Notes: a model not told the origin generated them from the letters alone. Positions 18,055 to 27,947 are shown, numbered from the stretch's first letter. The stretch: 52,946 bases of DNA from a virus (IMGVR_UViG_3300020129_000041:1-52946); one strand, 5' to 3'. Numbers and translations are program-made.

Positions 18055-18866
18055 GGATTGCGCAATTCCACGATCGGTATCGACTGATAGCTGATAAGCA
18101 GTTGGCCCTTGCTGCGGTCTATGATCTCGCCCTTGAGCTGGTCGATATCGAAGCGGCATGGCACGTCGAATTCGCCCGACCAAGACGTTGGGGCGCCGCT
18201 GAAGGTCACGATCCCGGTCGTGTAATCAACGCTGATCCCGCTGCCTCCGGCGATGCTTATATTGCGTACCGGCTTGACGATCTTCCGATCTTCCGTTCCG
18301 GCGGTCAGCGTCCAATCGGCGTGAGTCCCGCTACCTCCAATCGTATCGACCGCGACGACCAGCGTAGTGCTCGAATACGATGTAACCGGCCCCTCCATGA
18401 AATTCGCGGAGTTGGCATTGGAGAACGCGCGCACGCGACCTCCGACGACGAAGGACAGACCGGCCTGCGTAGTGAATGTCTTGCTCGCGACCGCGATTGC
18501 CAAACTGCTTGTGCTCGTTCCGACGTAGACAGTCCCCAGCGTATAGCGTTTGTAGAGCTGGCAATGCGTCGAGTCGATCGCGCCAAAGACTCCCTCCGTG
18601 CTCGAGACAGTGAAGTCGGCCCAATCCTTGTACCGGAATCCATTGAGCTTCCCCTTGGCGATGCGGAAGAACGAAACGAGTTCCGACTGTTGCGTCGGAA
18701 GTTTGGCGGCGTGACTTACCTCGAATCCGCATAAGCCCTGCGACCACGCTCCCGTTCTATATTCAGCGCCCGAGTTCACGATCACGGCCGTTGTCGAATA
18801 TCCAGGGCCGCCGATGCCATGAAACGATATCCGCTCCGGGAAACGCGGTTGCTCTAGGAATGCCAT
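18051..18866 (-). CDS. DUF2460 (distal tail-like) protein with an inserted domain
   Basis: GGP.YST, G....FRYKDW.D, QLYKRY, FDVPCRFD motifs. Confidence 0.9.
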   Translation of the reverse strand: MAFLEQPRFPERISFHGIGGPGYSTTAVIVNSGAEYRTGAWSQGLCGFEVSHAAKLPTQQSELVSFFRIAKGKLNGFRYKDWADFTVSSTEGVFGAIDSTHCQLYKRYTLGTVYVGTSTSSLAIAVASKTFTTQAGLSFVVGGRVRAFSNANSANFMEGPVTSYSSTTLVVAVDTIGGSGTHADWTLTAGTEDRKIVKPVRNISIAGGSGISVDYTTGIVTFSGAPTSWSGEFDVPCRFDIDQLKGEIIDRSKGQLLISYQSIPIVELRNP

Positions 18867-18870
18867 CGGC

Positions 18871-21471
18871 TCACCTGCTCATCGCGCGGCGCGTAGCTAA
18901 TCCGGCTTCGCGCGCGATCTGTGACGCGGTGCGGGAATCTACGTTGCCGGGAACATTAATCGAGATATTGACCGATGGCGAACCGAACCTACGTCGAGTC
19001 AGTTCGCTGTTCGGGATGACCGTGCCACGGCTGCGCGGGAAGAAGAGTTCCGGACCCCGCTCGCCGACAATGGAAAACTTGCCGAGCGGAGGCGAGCCGC
19101 CAGACGCAAAGCCGCCTCCGAATAGGCCAGCGAGGTCGGAACCGACTCCAGAGTCAACACCGCTGCCGCCGAAAAGCGAGCCGATGCCGCCGCCTATCGC
19201 GCTGCTCGATCCGCTTACCGACAGAGATGCCGCGGCAGATTCCAAGGCCAGCGCCGCGGCGCTTAAACCGGTGCCAGCGAGGCCCAGAGTAGAGCCCGCG
19301 GCCGTCAATGATGCCGCTCCGGTCGCATCGCCTGCCTTCCCGAACAGGTCGCCCATTGCCGACCCCTTGCCGCCGAAGGCGCTTGCGAAAAAGTCGGAGA
19401 TTCCACCTAGCGGACCACCCTTGCCGAAAAGCTGCTCGGAGATATTCTTGGCCGCGATCTGGCTAATCGATTGCTCAATCGACTTCGCCATGTCCAGGAA
19501 TGCTTGCTTGACCGACTTAGTACCGCTAACGATATCGGTCAGGAACGTCGTAAACGAACCCTCAAAGATATCGCGGAATTTCTTGGCGAGCACATCGCTT
19601 TCGGCCGCTAGTTCCGCGATCTTTAGTCTGAGCTGGTCAATCGCCAATAGTTGTTCCGGCGTAGTTGCCACCGCTGCCGCCGCATCGGCTGCCTTACTTA
19701 GAACGCCGATATAGGCTTTCGCAGCGTCCGCGCGCCTTACCAGTCCGCCGATCTCCGTCTCGGTGCCGGTCTGAACCGCCAAGTCAATACGCGACTGCTC
19801 TATGTCTATCCCTGCTAGAACGGTAGCGTACGCCCGCGCCAGATCATTTAGCGCAGCCTGCTCTACCGCTGCCTTACGGATCGCAGCGGCGTTTTCAAGC
19901 GCCACTCGGGCGGCTGCGTCTCCAGCAGCGGCCGTGGTCTGAAGCCGTGCTATCTCGTCGCGATGCTGAATGTCGAAACTAACTCCAGCACCGAGTGCCG
20001 TGTTGCCGCGCGTAGCGGCTGCCTGTGCCGCTAGTTCCGCGTACGCGTCTGTTTGGGCTTGGACGGCGAGGACTTGATCCTGGTCAGCCTTGAGTATCTT
20101 CTGCTGCATCGCGAAGAACGCCTTGGCGTCCTCCATCGTGATCGCGCGCAATCTGGCCTCGGCCGCAGCCTTCTGGGCCGGATCATAGGAATTCGAGGAG
20201 AGAATTCGCGCCTGATCCGCAGCCTGCTTTTCCAAGTCGTCTTGGACTGCTTTGTAGGCATCGGCGGCGGATTTCCGCTCGGCGTCAAAGAACGCGGCTA
20301 CCGTTACCGTTCCGCGCTCGTAGCCGAACGCGAGTTGGGTCTGCTGACGCTGAAGGAACGCCTGCTGTTTAGTCAATTCCAGAGCGTAGAAAGATGCCGA
20401 CTGCTCGGCGCGGCGCAGTAGTTCCGCTTTCTCTAGGGCCAGTGCGGCCTCAGCGCGTGCGGTCAGATTCGCGTTTAGCGCGGCCTCTCGCGCGGCCTCT
20501 TCGCGCGGATCCACGCCGCCGATAAAACCGCTCGCCGAACGCCTAGACTCCGGCAAAGGCGGCGGCAGCGGCGCGCCAGCCATGATCGAACCGGCGACGG
20601 TTGCCCCGCGTTTTAGCGTCTCGAAGAATCCACCTACGCGGTCCTGCGAGTTCTTGATGCCATCCGCGAGGTTGTCGAAGAACTTCGTGAGCTTGCTCAG
20701 CGCCCCGCCTTCTCCAGCGAACTTCTCGCCAATCACTATTTCCAAGTCGCTGAATGACCGCGACAGCCGCTTCGTCGCTCCGTAGAGATTAGTGGTATCG
20801 GCCTCGGAGGCGCCGCCTATCGTCTGGGCCAGAGCCTCCAACGTGACCCGCTGCGCGCCCGCGATGTCGCCGCTCTCTCGCATCCGAGCGGCAAGGTCAA
20901 TCTGCGTTTCTTTTAGGTTTAGACCGGCTGCCTTGAGCAATCGCATCTGGCCGCCGGTCCCCTCGAGCGCGCGGCCCATTGCCACCGCTGCGGTTGGCAG
21001 ATCAGTTCCAAGCGCGGCGGCTAGGTCAGGCACCAGCTTGATTGCATCCTCGAAAACGCCCGTCTGCACGCTGCGGAAACGTAGGAGCGCGGTTTCCGCT
21101 TTGCGGATATCTTCGTCGCTGAATATCGTCGTCGCTTTGACGCCAGTCCCGATCTGCGCGAGAGCCTTGGCGGTGAGTCCAGCGGAGGTTCCAGTCGCGA
21201 TCAGAACCGCGTTGAGCTGCGCGACGGCGCGCTGGCTTTCCTCAGTCTTCTGCTTGATATCCTCGAATAGGGCGACGACTCCGGCGATAGATACGCTTAC
21301 GCCGAGCGCACTGCCGAGCTGGCGCATTACGCCCTGGACGCTCTTGGCTGATGCTGCGATCTGATCTAGCGATCGCTGCGCCGTGTATTGGGCCTTCGTC
21401 AGACCGGCTGTGAATTCCGCCGCGTCAAGCCCAAGACTTACAACAAGGGAGCCGAGGCTACTGGCGGCCAT
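18871..21471 (-). CDS. tape measure protein
   Basis: LGSLVVSLGLD N-terminus, Ala-rich helices, VGERGPELF C-terminus. Confidence 0.9.
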   Translation of the reverse strand: MAASSLGSLVVSLGLDAAEFTAGLTKAQYTAQRSLDQIAASAKSVQGVMRQLGSALGVSVSIAGVVALFEDIKQKTEESQRAVAQLNAVLIATGTSAGLTAKALAQIGTGVKATTIFSDEDIRKAETALLRFRSVQTGVFEDAIKLVPDLAAALGTDLPTAAVAMGRALEGTGGQMRLLKAAGLNLKETQIDLAARMRESGDIAGAQRVTLEALAQTIGGASEADTTNLYGATKRLSRSFSDLEIVIGEKFAGEGGALSKLTKFFDNLADGIKNSQDRVGGFFETLKRGATVAGSIMAGAPLPPPLPESRRSASGFIGGVDPREEAAREAALNANLTARAEAALALEKAELLRRAEQSASFYALELTKQQAFLQRQQTQLAFGYERGTVTVAAFFDAERKSAADAYKAVQDDLEKQAADQARILSSNSYDPAQKAAAEARLRAITMEDAKAFFAMQQKILKADQDQVLAVQAQTDAYAELAAQAAATRGNTALGAGVSFDIQHRDEIARLQTTAAAGDAAARVALENAAAIRKAAVEQAALNDLARAYATVLAGIDIEQSRIDLAVQTGTETEIGGLVRRADAAKAYIGVLSKAADAAAAVATTPEQLLAIDQLRLKIAELAAESDVLAKKFRDIFEGSFTTFLTDIVSGTKSVKQAFLDMAKSIEQSISQIAAKNISEQLFGKGGPLGGISDFFASAFGGKGSAMGDLFGKAGDATGAASLTAAGSTLGLAGTGLSAAALALESAAASLSVSGSSSAIGGGIGSLFGGSGVDSGVGSDLAGLFGGGFASGGSPPLGKFSIVGERGPELFFPRSRGTVIPNSELTRRRFGSPSVNISINVPGNVDSRTASQIAREAGLATRRAMSR

Positions 21472-21772
21472 TGCCCACTACCTTTCTCGGAGCGAACTCG
21501 AGCGCGACCTTGGCCGCGTCAAGAGCATCGTCGGGCTGAGTCTGCCCATCGGCGTCGCGATCATCATCGAAAAGGAAATCCGACAGGCTTAGGTTTTCGG
21601 CGCCCGCCGCACGCATGACCATGAGCGCAATCTGCGCGAGATAAAGCTCCAGCCGGCGCGAAGGCAAACCGCGCCGCCGGTTATAGGCCATCCAACTGCG
21701 GAAATCACGCTCCGGCAATGCCCGAGCAAGCGCGCCGAGGTTTGGCTGGCCGACCTCTAAAGCCAAGTCCAT
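21458..21772 (-). CDS. tail assembly chaperone, gpT-like part reached by -1 frameshift
   Basis: In the -1 frame relative to 21793..22134 and open through the slippery site. Confidence 0.75.
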   Translation of the reverse strand: MDLALEVGQPNLGALARALPERDFRSWMAYNRRRGLPSRRLELYLAQIALMVMRAAGAENLSLSDFLFDDDRDADGQTQPDDALDAAKVALEFAPRKVVGNGRQ

Positions 21773-21792
21773 AAGGAACTCCCGGCGCGCCG

Positions 21793-22134
21793 TTATTTTC
21801 CCGGTTCGTCCCCTTCCGTAAGCCTAGCCGCAGCCAGGACCCTGCTCAGCTTCGCCCAATCGCGCTTGCTGATGAGTTTGACGTCGGCTTCGCTGTTCGG
21901 GTCGAATAGGCGATTACCTTCGGCGTCGCAGATGATGACCGCCGCCGCGCCGCTGAGCGGAGCGTTTTTCTTCCACTCGACGCCGTTAACGGCCTGCGCC
22001 GCATCGACTTCCGCCGTCGTCACTGAACGGACGTAGATCGTCGGCCAGCCCTCGACGTTAACCGCAGTCGGCGGCTCCGCATCCTCGGCGGCCCAGGCCG
22101 CAAGGAGAGCGTCCCTCAATGTAGGTTTGCTCAT
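21793..22134 (-). CDS. tail assembly chaperone (gpG-like)
   Basis: Position after the tail tube. ICD.EGNRLF motif. Confidence 0.8.
   Translation of the reverse strand: MSKPTLRDALLAAWAAEDAEPPTAVNVEGWPTIYVRSVTTAEVDAAQAVNGVEWKKNAPLSGAAAVIICDAEGNRLFDPNSEADVKLISKRDWAKLSRVLAAARLTEGDEPGK
21796..21802 (-). other. -1 programmed frameshift heptamer GGGAAAA
   Basis: CCG GGA AAA TAA. The -1 frame reads GGG AAA ATA ACG ... ATG GAC TTG into the next ORF. Confidence 0.8.
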
Positions 22135-22796
22135 GCAGCAGCGACGTCAAAGGGCGCCCCCGTGAGTTTCAGCGTCATCGAGCCGGTCCACATCCCATTG
22201 ACCGCAGCCCGCTCGCTAGTTTGCTGCACGAACCCTAGCACCGTCCGCTGGCCGCCGCCCTTGGGCAGCACGATCCGAACCGCCGTGATATCTCCGGACG
22301 AGTCGAAGGATCGAAGCGCAGATTGGATCGCTGTCTCTGGAGCGAAATTGAAGTCCAATTGCGCCGTGCCGAGGTCACCGAGGCCGAGTTCGTACTCCCT
22401 GAAGTCAACGCTGCAAATCGTCGTCGCGTCGATTTCTGGCTTAGTGCCGCCAGTCCGGTTGTAGCCAGTCAACTCGCAGAAGTTGCTGAACAGGCCCTTG
22501 TCGATATGGCCGCCGCTCGTATATGTCCCGTAGCCGGTGGAATCGATATCGACGAGTTCGAATTGCGTCGAACTGGTAACGTTGACGATGTAGGAGTTAT
22601 TGTTGACCTCCGTCATTCCTACGACGCCCGTGATCTGAACGACGTCGCCATCAACCAGATTATGCGTCCCAGTCGTGACGACGGCCGGATTTGCCTTCGT
22701 GATCGCGCTGATTGCCGGGGAAGGGCTTTCTGCGTCGTAGCCAGTAAGGACAGAGACCGTAGAACCTTGGAATTTGTACCGCCGTCCACCTGCCAT
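22131..22796 (-). CDS. major tail tube protein
   Basis: ISAITKANPAVVT accessory domain. EIDATT and GL.D.G motifs. Confidence 0.85.
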   Translation of the reverse strand: MAGGRRYKFQGSTVSVLTGYDAESPSPAISAITKANPAVVTTGTHNLVDGDVVQITGVVGMTEVNNNSYIVNVTSSTQFELVDIDSTGYGTYTSGGHIDKGLFSNFCELTGYNRTGGTKPEIDATTICSVDFREYELGLGDLGTAQLDFNFAPETAIQSALRSFDSSGDITAVRIVLPKGGGQRTVLGFVQQTSERAAVNGMWTGSMTLKLTGAPFDVAAA

Positions 22797-22810
22797 GATG
22801 TTTCCCTTTC

Positions 22811-22832
22811 AAAAATGCCCGCTCGCGCGGAC
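22811..22832 (-). terminator. terminator-like hairpin upstream of the tail tube gene
   Basis: Minus strand GTCCGC-GCGA-GCGGGC-ATTTTT. Confidence 0.45.
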
Positions 22833-22857
22833 GGTTTATGCCGGTTGACTGAGCCTG

Positions 22858-23238
22858 CTACGGCGAGTTGCCGCTCGGAGTCGAACCGTGCAACATATAA
22901 TCAAGTATTTCCCTGTACGTCTTGGTTTCCGCGTCGAAATCCGACGTCGAGCTTTGCAGCGTCGCGGGCGGATCGAATACCGCCATCGCCGCCATAACCT
23001 GAAGGCGCAGGCTCCTCGCCGCCGAGAACGTCGTCGCCACTACATCCAACTGTAACCGAATTTCGGCCGTGTCATCGTCGCCATCGCCGCAAGCATCAAC
23101 AATCGGAACCGAGTCGATGAAGCTGTATCGAATCGCCGGCCAAGTAGGGACCACGGGCGCCTGCGGGAAGATGACCGGAGCCACGCGCTTACCGACCAGC
23201 GACTGAAGCGCGGTGAAGATATCGGCTTCGACGCTCAT
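22858..23238 (-). CDS. tail terminator (DUF3168-like)
   Basis: P.I.Y, RLQLDV motifs. Synteny. Confidence 0.8.
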   Translation of the reverse strand: MSVEADIFTALQSLVGKRVAPVIFPQAPVVPTWPAIRYSFIDSVPIVDACGDGDDDTAEIRLQLDVVATTFSAARSLRLQVMAAMAVFDPPATLQSSTSDFDAETKTYREILDYMLHGSTPSGNSP

Positions 23239-23684
23239 CGGCTCGCCTTCCTGATGGCCCTGGTAAGACCGCCCGCTAGTTCAGCAGCGATGATTTGCGC
23301 CGCTTCCTCTTTCCCCGTATCAAAGCTCGAACGGAGGAACGAATTCGCGCCCATCTTGACCGTACCGAACTCCACCAAGCGGCCATAGCGCGCGGCATAG
23401 GCGTCCTTTCGTTTCCCGCGAACGGTGACGATATATTCCGCCGTCAGCGGAGACTTGATCTTCTTCACTACGATATTCTTTTTTAGGTTCCCGGGCGGCA
23501 CAAGCACGCCATCTAGCATATGCGGCAGCGGCCACTCAGGAGCCTTGGCAATCGCCATCTCTTTAATCAGTTGCGCTCCCTTGTTCGTCGCGGTCGCACA
23601 AAGCCGGGTATTGACCTCAGCCGATAGCGCCTTCATCGACTCGCCGAGCTCACGCAATCCCTTGATCTCGACGATATTAGCCAC
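23235..23684 (-). CDS. HK97 gp10-like neck protein
   Basis: GL.EL, GNLKKNI, VEFGT.KM motifs. Confidence 0.85.
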   Translation of the reverse strand: MANIVEIKGLRELGESMKALSAEVNTRLCATATNKGAQLIKEMAIAKAPEWPLPHMLDGVLVPPGNLKKNIVVKKIKSPLTAEYIVTVRGKRKDAYAARYGRLVEFGTVKMGANSFLRSSFDTGKEEAAQIIAAELAGGLTRAIRKASR

Positions 23685-24051
23685 TGCTCACCCCGCCACG
23701 GCAGATCATGCTGATCTTACGCCGCCTGCCGTCCATATCCTGAAGCGAAAGAATCTCAAAGGGTTGATCCGGCGGCCCGATGACGATAAGCCGGTCCATC
23801 GTCGTCAGTCCAGCAACGAAGCGGATGATTACCCGGTAGATTGCCGACGAAAGTATCTCCTTGCCGATCAGGCTCTCGATCTCCATCCCGCGCAGGCCTT
23901 CGATGGGCTGGATATCTGCCCACGCTGCGGCAAAGTCGGTGAAGGTCGGGACCATCTCGCCGGTATCGTCCTGCGAGTCGGCGCGCTTCTGGATCATAAC
24001 CCGATCGCGAAGCTGGCCCGCGCGGACGCCAGGATAGGTTGCGGCTGGCAT
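23677..24051 (-). CDS. head closure / head-tail adaptor
   Basis: AG.LR.RV.IQ and WA.I.P motifs. Confidence 0.85.
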   Translation of the reverse strand: MPAATYPGVRAGQLRDRVMIQKRADSQDDTGEMVPTFTDFAAAWADIQPIEGLRGMEIESLIGKEILSSAIYRVIIRFVAGLTTMDRLIVIGPPDQPFEILSLQDMDGRRRKISMICRGGVSSG

Positions 24052-24779
24052 CAGGCGATCCCTAGGCGCACGGAGTAGCGTTCCATCAGCGCCGCTGCTC
24101 CAAGCGGTATTTCATGCAATTCTACGTCGAGCGAATTTTCGCGATTCTCATGCAGATGCCCGAGGACGAGCAGCATTGCCGCGCGGAACTCGAATGGTAA
24201 ATCCTGACTGACGGTCGGACTCTGCCCCGTCAACTGATAGCCGCAGGTGTAGCGCACCCTGACGGCCCGCATATTCTGGAACTGCGCGATCGGCCAGAAC
24301 GTCCCCGGTGCCGGATAGAGGACCGACGGTCGAGCGTAATCATTGACGTAATACGCGGATGGGTCCAGCGTCTGCTCCACGCCGCTGCCATCATCGTATT
24401 TTACGGATTCAATTGAGATGAACGGCGATGCCATCGGCAGCATGATGCCGTAGCCCGAACAGTACGGGTACGGCAGATAGCCGCCTGGTGAAACGAAGTT
24501 CCACGCCGACCACGGCGCGCCGGGAAAGGCCCCAATCCCGAGTTCGAGCATCTGCACGCACAGCGCGCACATCGATTGACCTTCGCACCACTCGCGAGCA
24601 ACCGATATGTTCGATTCGATCCAAGCATCTTCATCGCTTAGCGGCGGGCTGCCATAGGCGATTACGCGCAGATGCTCCCGCGCTTCCGAGAGCGTAATCT
24701 GCTCGGCGCTAGGCGGCGTCACGACCTTGAAGTTGAACCGGTCGTAGCGGTAGCGGCTTAAGTCACGGAGATACATCAC
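24051..24779 (-). CDS. head-tail connector (gp6-like)
   Basis: TL.EA..HLR, V.V.Y..GY, A.L...GHL.ENRE motifs. Confidence 0.85.
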   Translation of the reverse strand: MMYLRDLSRYRYDRFNFKVVTPPSAEQITLSEAREHLRVIAYGSPPLSDEDAWIESNISVAREWCEGQSMCALCVQMLELGIGAFPGAPWSAWNFVSPGGYLPYPYCSGYGIMLPMASPFISIESVKYDDGSGVEQTLDPSAYYVNDYARPSVLYPAPGTFWPIAQFQNMRAVRVRYTCGYQLTGQSPTVSQDLPFEFRAAMLLVLGHLHENRENSLDVELHEIPLGAAALMERYSVRLGIA

Positions 24780-25462
24780 GCCCTCGCAGTTTCCCGCCAG
24801 AGTTCGGCGTGTTCGCAGTGCTCGTATCCCGGCAGGTCAGGCGTACCCTCGGTGAAGTGGACGATGGCCGGACTGTTCCTGCGCGCGTCAATCCCGACCA
24901 GGTGATTCCATTCCGGCGGCAGGCCGCCAATTTCGTCATCTGCGAGGAACCGGAAGGCGTGCAAATCCCGTCCGGGCCACTGATTGAGGGCCATGATGTT
25001 CAATCGGCGAAGCGCGGGATGCGAAGCGTTCCAAAGCGCGACGGAGCTCCAGTTCTTGCGCGGATAGCCGACTTGGGGCTGGCAATCCATCTTCAGGCCA
25101 TCCGCCGCCTGCCACTCCCGCTTCACGACCATGACCGCCTTCGACTCATCAGCGATGGCGAGCAACTCGTTCGGGTCGCGCAGGAACAGCACGTCGGAAT
25201 CCGCGAATAGGCACCAGCCATCATGAGCTAGCACGGGGACGAAGAAGCGCGAGATGGCGAACGCGGTTGACTGCGGAGCGTCGCTATTGATATCCCACAT
25301 CTGCCCTCGGCGGTCCGTGGGCCGCGTAAGCAATCCCGCAGCGCGCAAGCGATCATCGCGCAGCTGGATGACTTCGCAGCCGAACCGGCGAGCAGACTTC
25401 GCGGCCACGTCCCAGGCCGTCGAGAACCTGTCATCCCAGCCGATGTAGACGCGGAGGCTCAA
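24776..25462 (-). CDS. GT-A glycosyltransferase (GT8-like)
   Basis: VYIGWD, SRF.VP, DSD (DxD), YPRKNWSS, WNHLVG, HFT.G.P motifs. Confidence 0.8.
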   Translation of the reverse strand: MSLRVYIGWDDRFSTAWDVAAKSARRFGCEVIQLRDDRLRAAGLLTRPTDRRGQMWDINSDAPQSTAFAISRFFVPVLAHDGWCLFADSDVLFLRDPNELLAIADESKAVMVVKREWQAADGLKMDCQPQVGYPRKNWSSVALWNASHPALRRLNIMALNQWPGRDLHAFRFLADDEIGGLPPEWNHLVGIDARRNSPAIVHFTEGTPDLPGYEHCEHAELWRETARA

Positions 25463-26046
25463 GCTTTCCTCGCCTCTATCCGCATATCGCGCCTAGCACG
25501 GCCTACGGGATGATGTTGCGTCTTAGTTCTCAAGGCATACGCGAAGCCGTTTTCCTCGAGAAACGCTCGCAATGACTTTTCGCTCCAACCCCACTTATGG
25601 AGCATATATGGGTCCTTCGTCCTCGGATCGCCGTAAGCTGCCCACAGTCCGAGCTGGTCCGGATGCTTGTCGCCCGGAATTCCCTCCAAGATATTGCGCG
25701 CCCACTTCATCATGTCCGGCAATTCGAGCACAAGCAGGCCGCCGATCTTCAGTAGCCGTCGCCACTCTGCGATAACTGCCTCGCAGTCCCAGCGGTAGAA
25801 GTGCTCCCAAACGTGAATAGCCATGACCTCGTCCGCGCAGGCGTCCGGAAGTTGGATATTCTTCGCATCGGCGATAAAGTCAGGCGTCACGCCAGCCGCA
25901 GTCTCAACCTCCTGCACGTCTATATTCACATACCCTTCGGCATGATTAATGCCGCACCCGATATTCAGGCGCAGAGGCGATCGGCTAAGTACCGATGCGA
26001 TAAGTTCTTGCCGCTCCTCAAGCTGCAACACGGTCGCGCTCCTCAA
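25459..26046 (-). CDS. class I SAM-dependent methyltransferase
   Basis: LNIGCG, YVNID, H..EH, LK.GG.L.L.PD motifs. Confidence 0.85.
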   Translation of the reverse strand: MRSATVLQLEERQELIASVLSRSPLRLNIGCGINHAEGYVNIDVQEVETAAGVTPDFIADAKNIQLPDACADEVMAIHVWEHFYRWDCEAVIAEWRRLLKIGGLLVLELPDMMKWARNILEGIPGDKHPDQLGLWAAYGDPRTKDPYMLHKWGWSEKSLRAFLEENGFAYALRTKTQHHPVGRARRDMRIEARKA

Positions 26047-26839
26047 TCCGCGATAGCAGAAACTGCCAGCACTGCGCCGCCTCGCTAGGCCGCCATTGGA
26101 ACCAAGCCAGATTGCGCAGGAAGCGCAGACGCTGCTCTAGCGTCGGCCTCACCGGGAAAGCCAACTCATTACCGTAAAGCGCGCTCGCAGCGCCGTCCCA
26201 GCAAACGACCGGAATACCAGCGATACAAGCGTCGACAGCCACATTGGAGTGCCGGCATACGACCAGCGAAGCGCCCTTTAGAACCTGCTCGATCGGCATA
26301 CCCGCCATCTTGCTCGTCCCGGGCAGCGTGGTTCCATCTTCGCGCTTCGGTCGGAAAATAACCTCGGCTCTCGGATACGCCGCTCGGATGCGCTTGAGCG
26401 CGTCGCGCTCCCAGGTCAACCACGGTTGAGCAAGCGCGGTATTCGTCTTCGGCCCGAGCCCGACGAGCACGATCGGGCCGTTCGGGTCGTAGTCCTCGCG
26501 CAACTTGACCCCGGAAGAGTCGAAGCGCTCGGCCGGTCGATCATCCAGCCACGCCTGCGGGTGATCTTGATCGATCGTCATGCGCATGGCCCGGTCGGTC
26601 TCTCCGCCACGCATCCAGTATCCAAGATCGAAGCCGACCATGTGCCGCCCGCTAGCGAGGTGCTTATCGATCCAAGGACGGCGGCCGACGTGACCCATCC
26701 CGTAGACCATAAGCAAGTCGGATTGGCCGAGATAGCGCTGATTGCGGACAATCAGCATAGGCGAGGAGCGATACATCGCATCCAGCATATCCCTGCCCGG
26801 TTTATACATCAGTGGATCGACCAGAATCTCGCACTTCAT
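26018..26839 (-). CDS. KpsS/KpsC-like capsule-polysaccharide glycosyltransferase
   Basis: DLGY, FRPK, VVCRHSNVAVDA.IAG.P, L...QW...E motifs. Paralog of 27944..28726. Confidence 0.65.
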   Translation of the reverse strand: MKCEILVDPLMYKPGRDMLDAMYRSSPMLIVRNQRYLGQSDLLMVYGMGHVGRRPWIDKHLASGRHMVGFDLGYWMRGGETDRAMRMTIDQDHPQAWLDDRPAERFDSSGVKLREDYDPNGPIVLVGLGPKTNTALAQPWLTWERDALKRIRAAYPRAEVIFRPKREDGTTLPGTSKMAGMPIEQVLKGASLVVCRHSNVAVDACIAGIPVVCWDGAASALYGNELAFPVRPTLEQRLRFLRNLAWFQWRPSEAAQCWQFLLSRIEERDRVAA

Positions 26840-27684
26840 AGCGACTCCAGCCAGGTGCGGTACTGCGCTGCGATTGCCTCTATTCGCGGGGTCTTGGCGT
26901 GCATCAGTTCCGAACGCCACGAACGGGCGCCGTTCTCAGCCGACAGCGTATCGAAGGCTGACTCCATCTCAACGGGCGTGTCGGCCCAGAGTTCGGCGCC
27001 GCTGGCGGTCTCGAGGTATCCGCGTTCCCGGTTCAGCACGCAGGGAACGCCGGCCGCCTGCGCATTGGCGAGCTTGACGTTGCTCTTCCAGTTCTTCGCT
27101 GCGTATCCGTCGGCATCCCTGACGGCGACCACGATATCGAGTGCGGAGACTGAGGGCGGCTTTGGGTCGAATCGCCAGCCGCGTTTGCGGCAGGCTCCGT
27201 CGATGTCCGCGAACCAGCCGTTGATATAACTTTGACCGCCTTCGTAGCCGACACGGCTTATCTCCGGTCTGACGGTGGCGCGCTCCAATCCCGGGCGAGC
27301 ATGGTGCGGCAGGACAAGCGTCGGCAGGCCGAACGGCGAGAGGTCGGAGGCCATTGCCGAAGTCGATGCTACGACCGCTGCCGGCCGGATCGCCTTGATC
27401 TCGCGCTTTAACCATTGGACGCAGACGTCGCGCTCCCACCAATTGCCTATCGGCTGCGGCCAAGCGTCGACGATATCCCAGACGATCGGCACACCGGCGG
27501 CGCGCAGCCGCGCTACTGCGCCGGCGTTCGGACGCTTGACTACGATCGCCAGATCAGGCCTCTGGCCTCCCGCGAGCGGGTCGCCGAAGTTCGACAGCGA
27601 CGCGCCGAGCGCGCGCCCCAGCTGTTCCCCGCGGATGCGCCAGGAGGCGGAAGCGTTCGAGCCGACGAGTAGGAGCCGCTTCAT
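26836..27684 (-). CDS. GT-B glycosyltransferase-like protein
   Basis: S..IRG.Q, VWD.VD, KS..KLANA.A.GVP motifs. Confidence 0.6.
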   Translation of the reverse strand: MKRLLLVGSNASASWRIRGEQLGRALGASLSNFGDPLAGGQRPDLAIVVKRPNAGAVARLRAAGVPIVWDIVDAWPQPIGNWWERDVCVQWLKREIKAIRPAAVVASTSAMASDLSPFGLPTLVLPHHARPGLERATVRPEISRVGYEGGQSYINGWFADIDGACRKRGWRFDPKPPSVSALDIVVAVRDADGYAAKNWKSNVKLANAQAAGVPCVLNRERGYLETASGAELWADTPVEMESAFDTLSAENGARSWRSELMHAKTPRIEAIAAQYRTWLESL

Positions 27685-27689
27685 GGTCC

Positions 27690-27947
27690 TTACGTCGGCG
27701 TTCCCACGCAGGCGAAGACGCACGGCGCGTTGCCGCCCGTATCCGGACTCCCGACCGCCGGGAAGCCATAGGAGACCAGCCAATAACTGTCCGAAACCTT
27801 CGTCAAGGTCGGGTTATCCGAACTGCCAACCCCAAGCGCTTGGAGGATCTTGCCGACCGTCGGCGGCGTATCGCCCGAGAACGTATTTACCGGGCTATTG
27901 ATCGCCAAAAACTGGTTCAGGGGATAAAGCCGCCAGGTATAGTTCAT
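27690..27947 (-). CDS. small hypothetical protein within the glycosyltransferase cluster
   Basis: ATGA-coupled. Ser/Pro/Gly-rich. Confidence 0.6.
   Translation of the reverse strand: MNYTWRLYPLNQFLAINSPVNTFSGDTPPTVGKILQALGVGSSDNPTLTKVSDSYWLVSYGFPAVGSPDTGGNAPCVFACVGTPT

Noticed and set aside
18791-19714. Long plus-strand ORFs opposite the late genes (also 34791..35693, 39173..40174)
   Set aside because: Antisense shadows typical of high-GC coding DNA, with no recognisable motifs.
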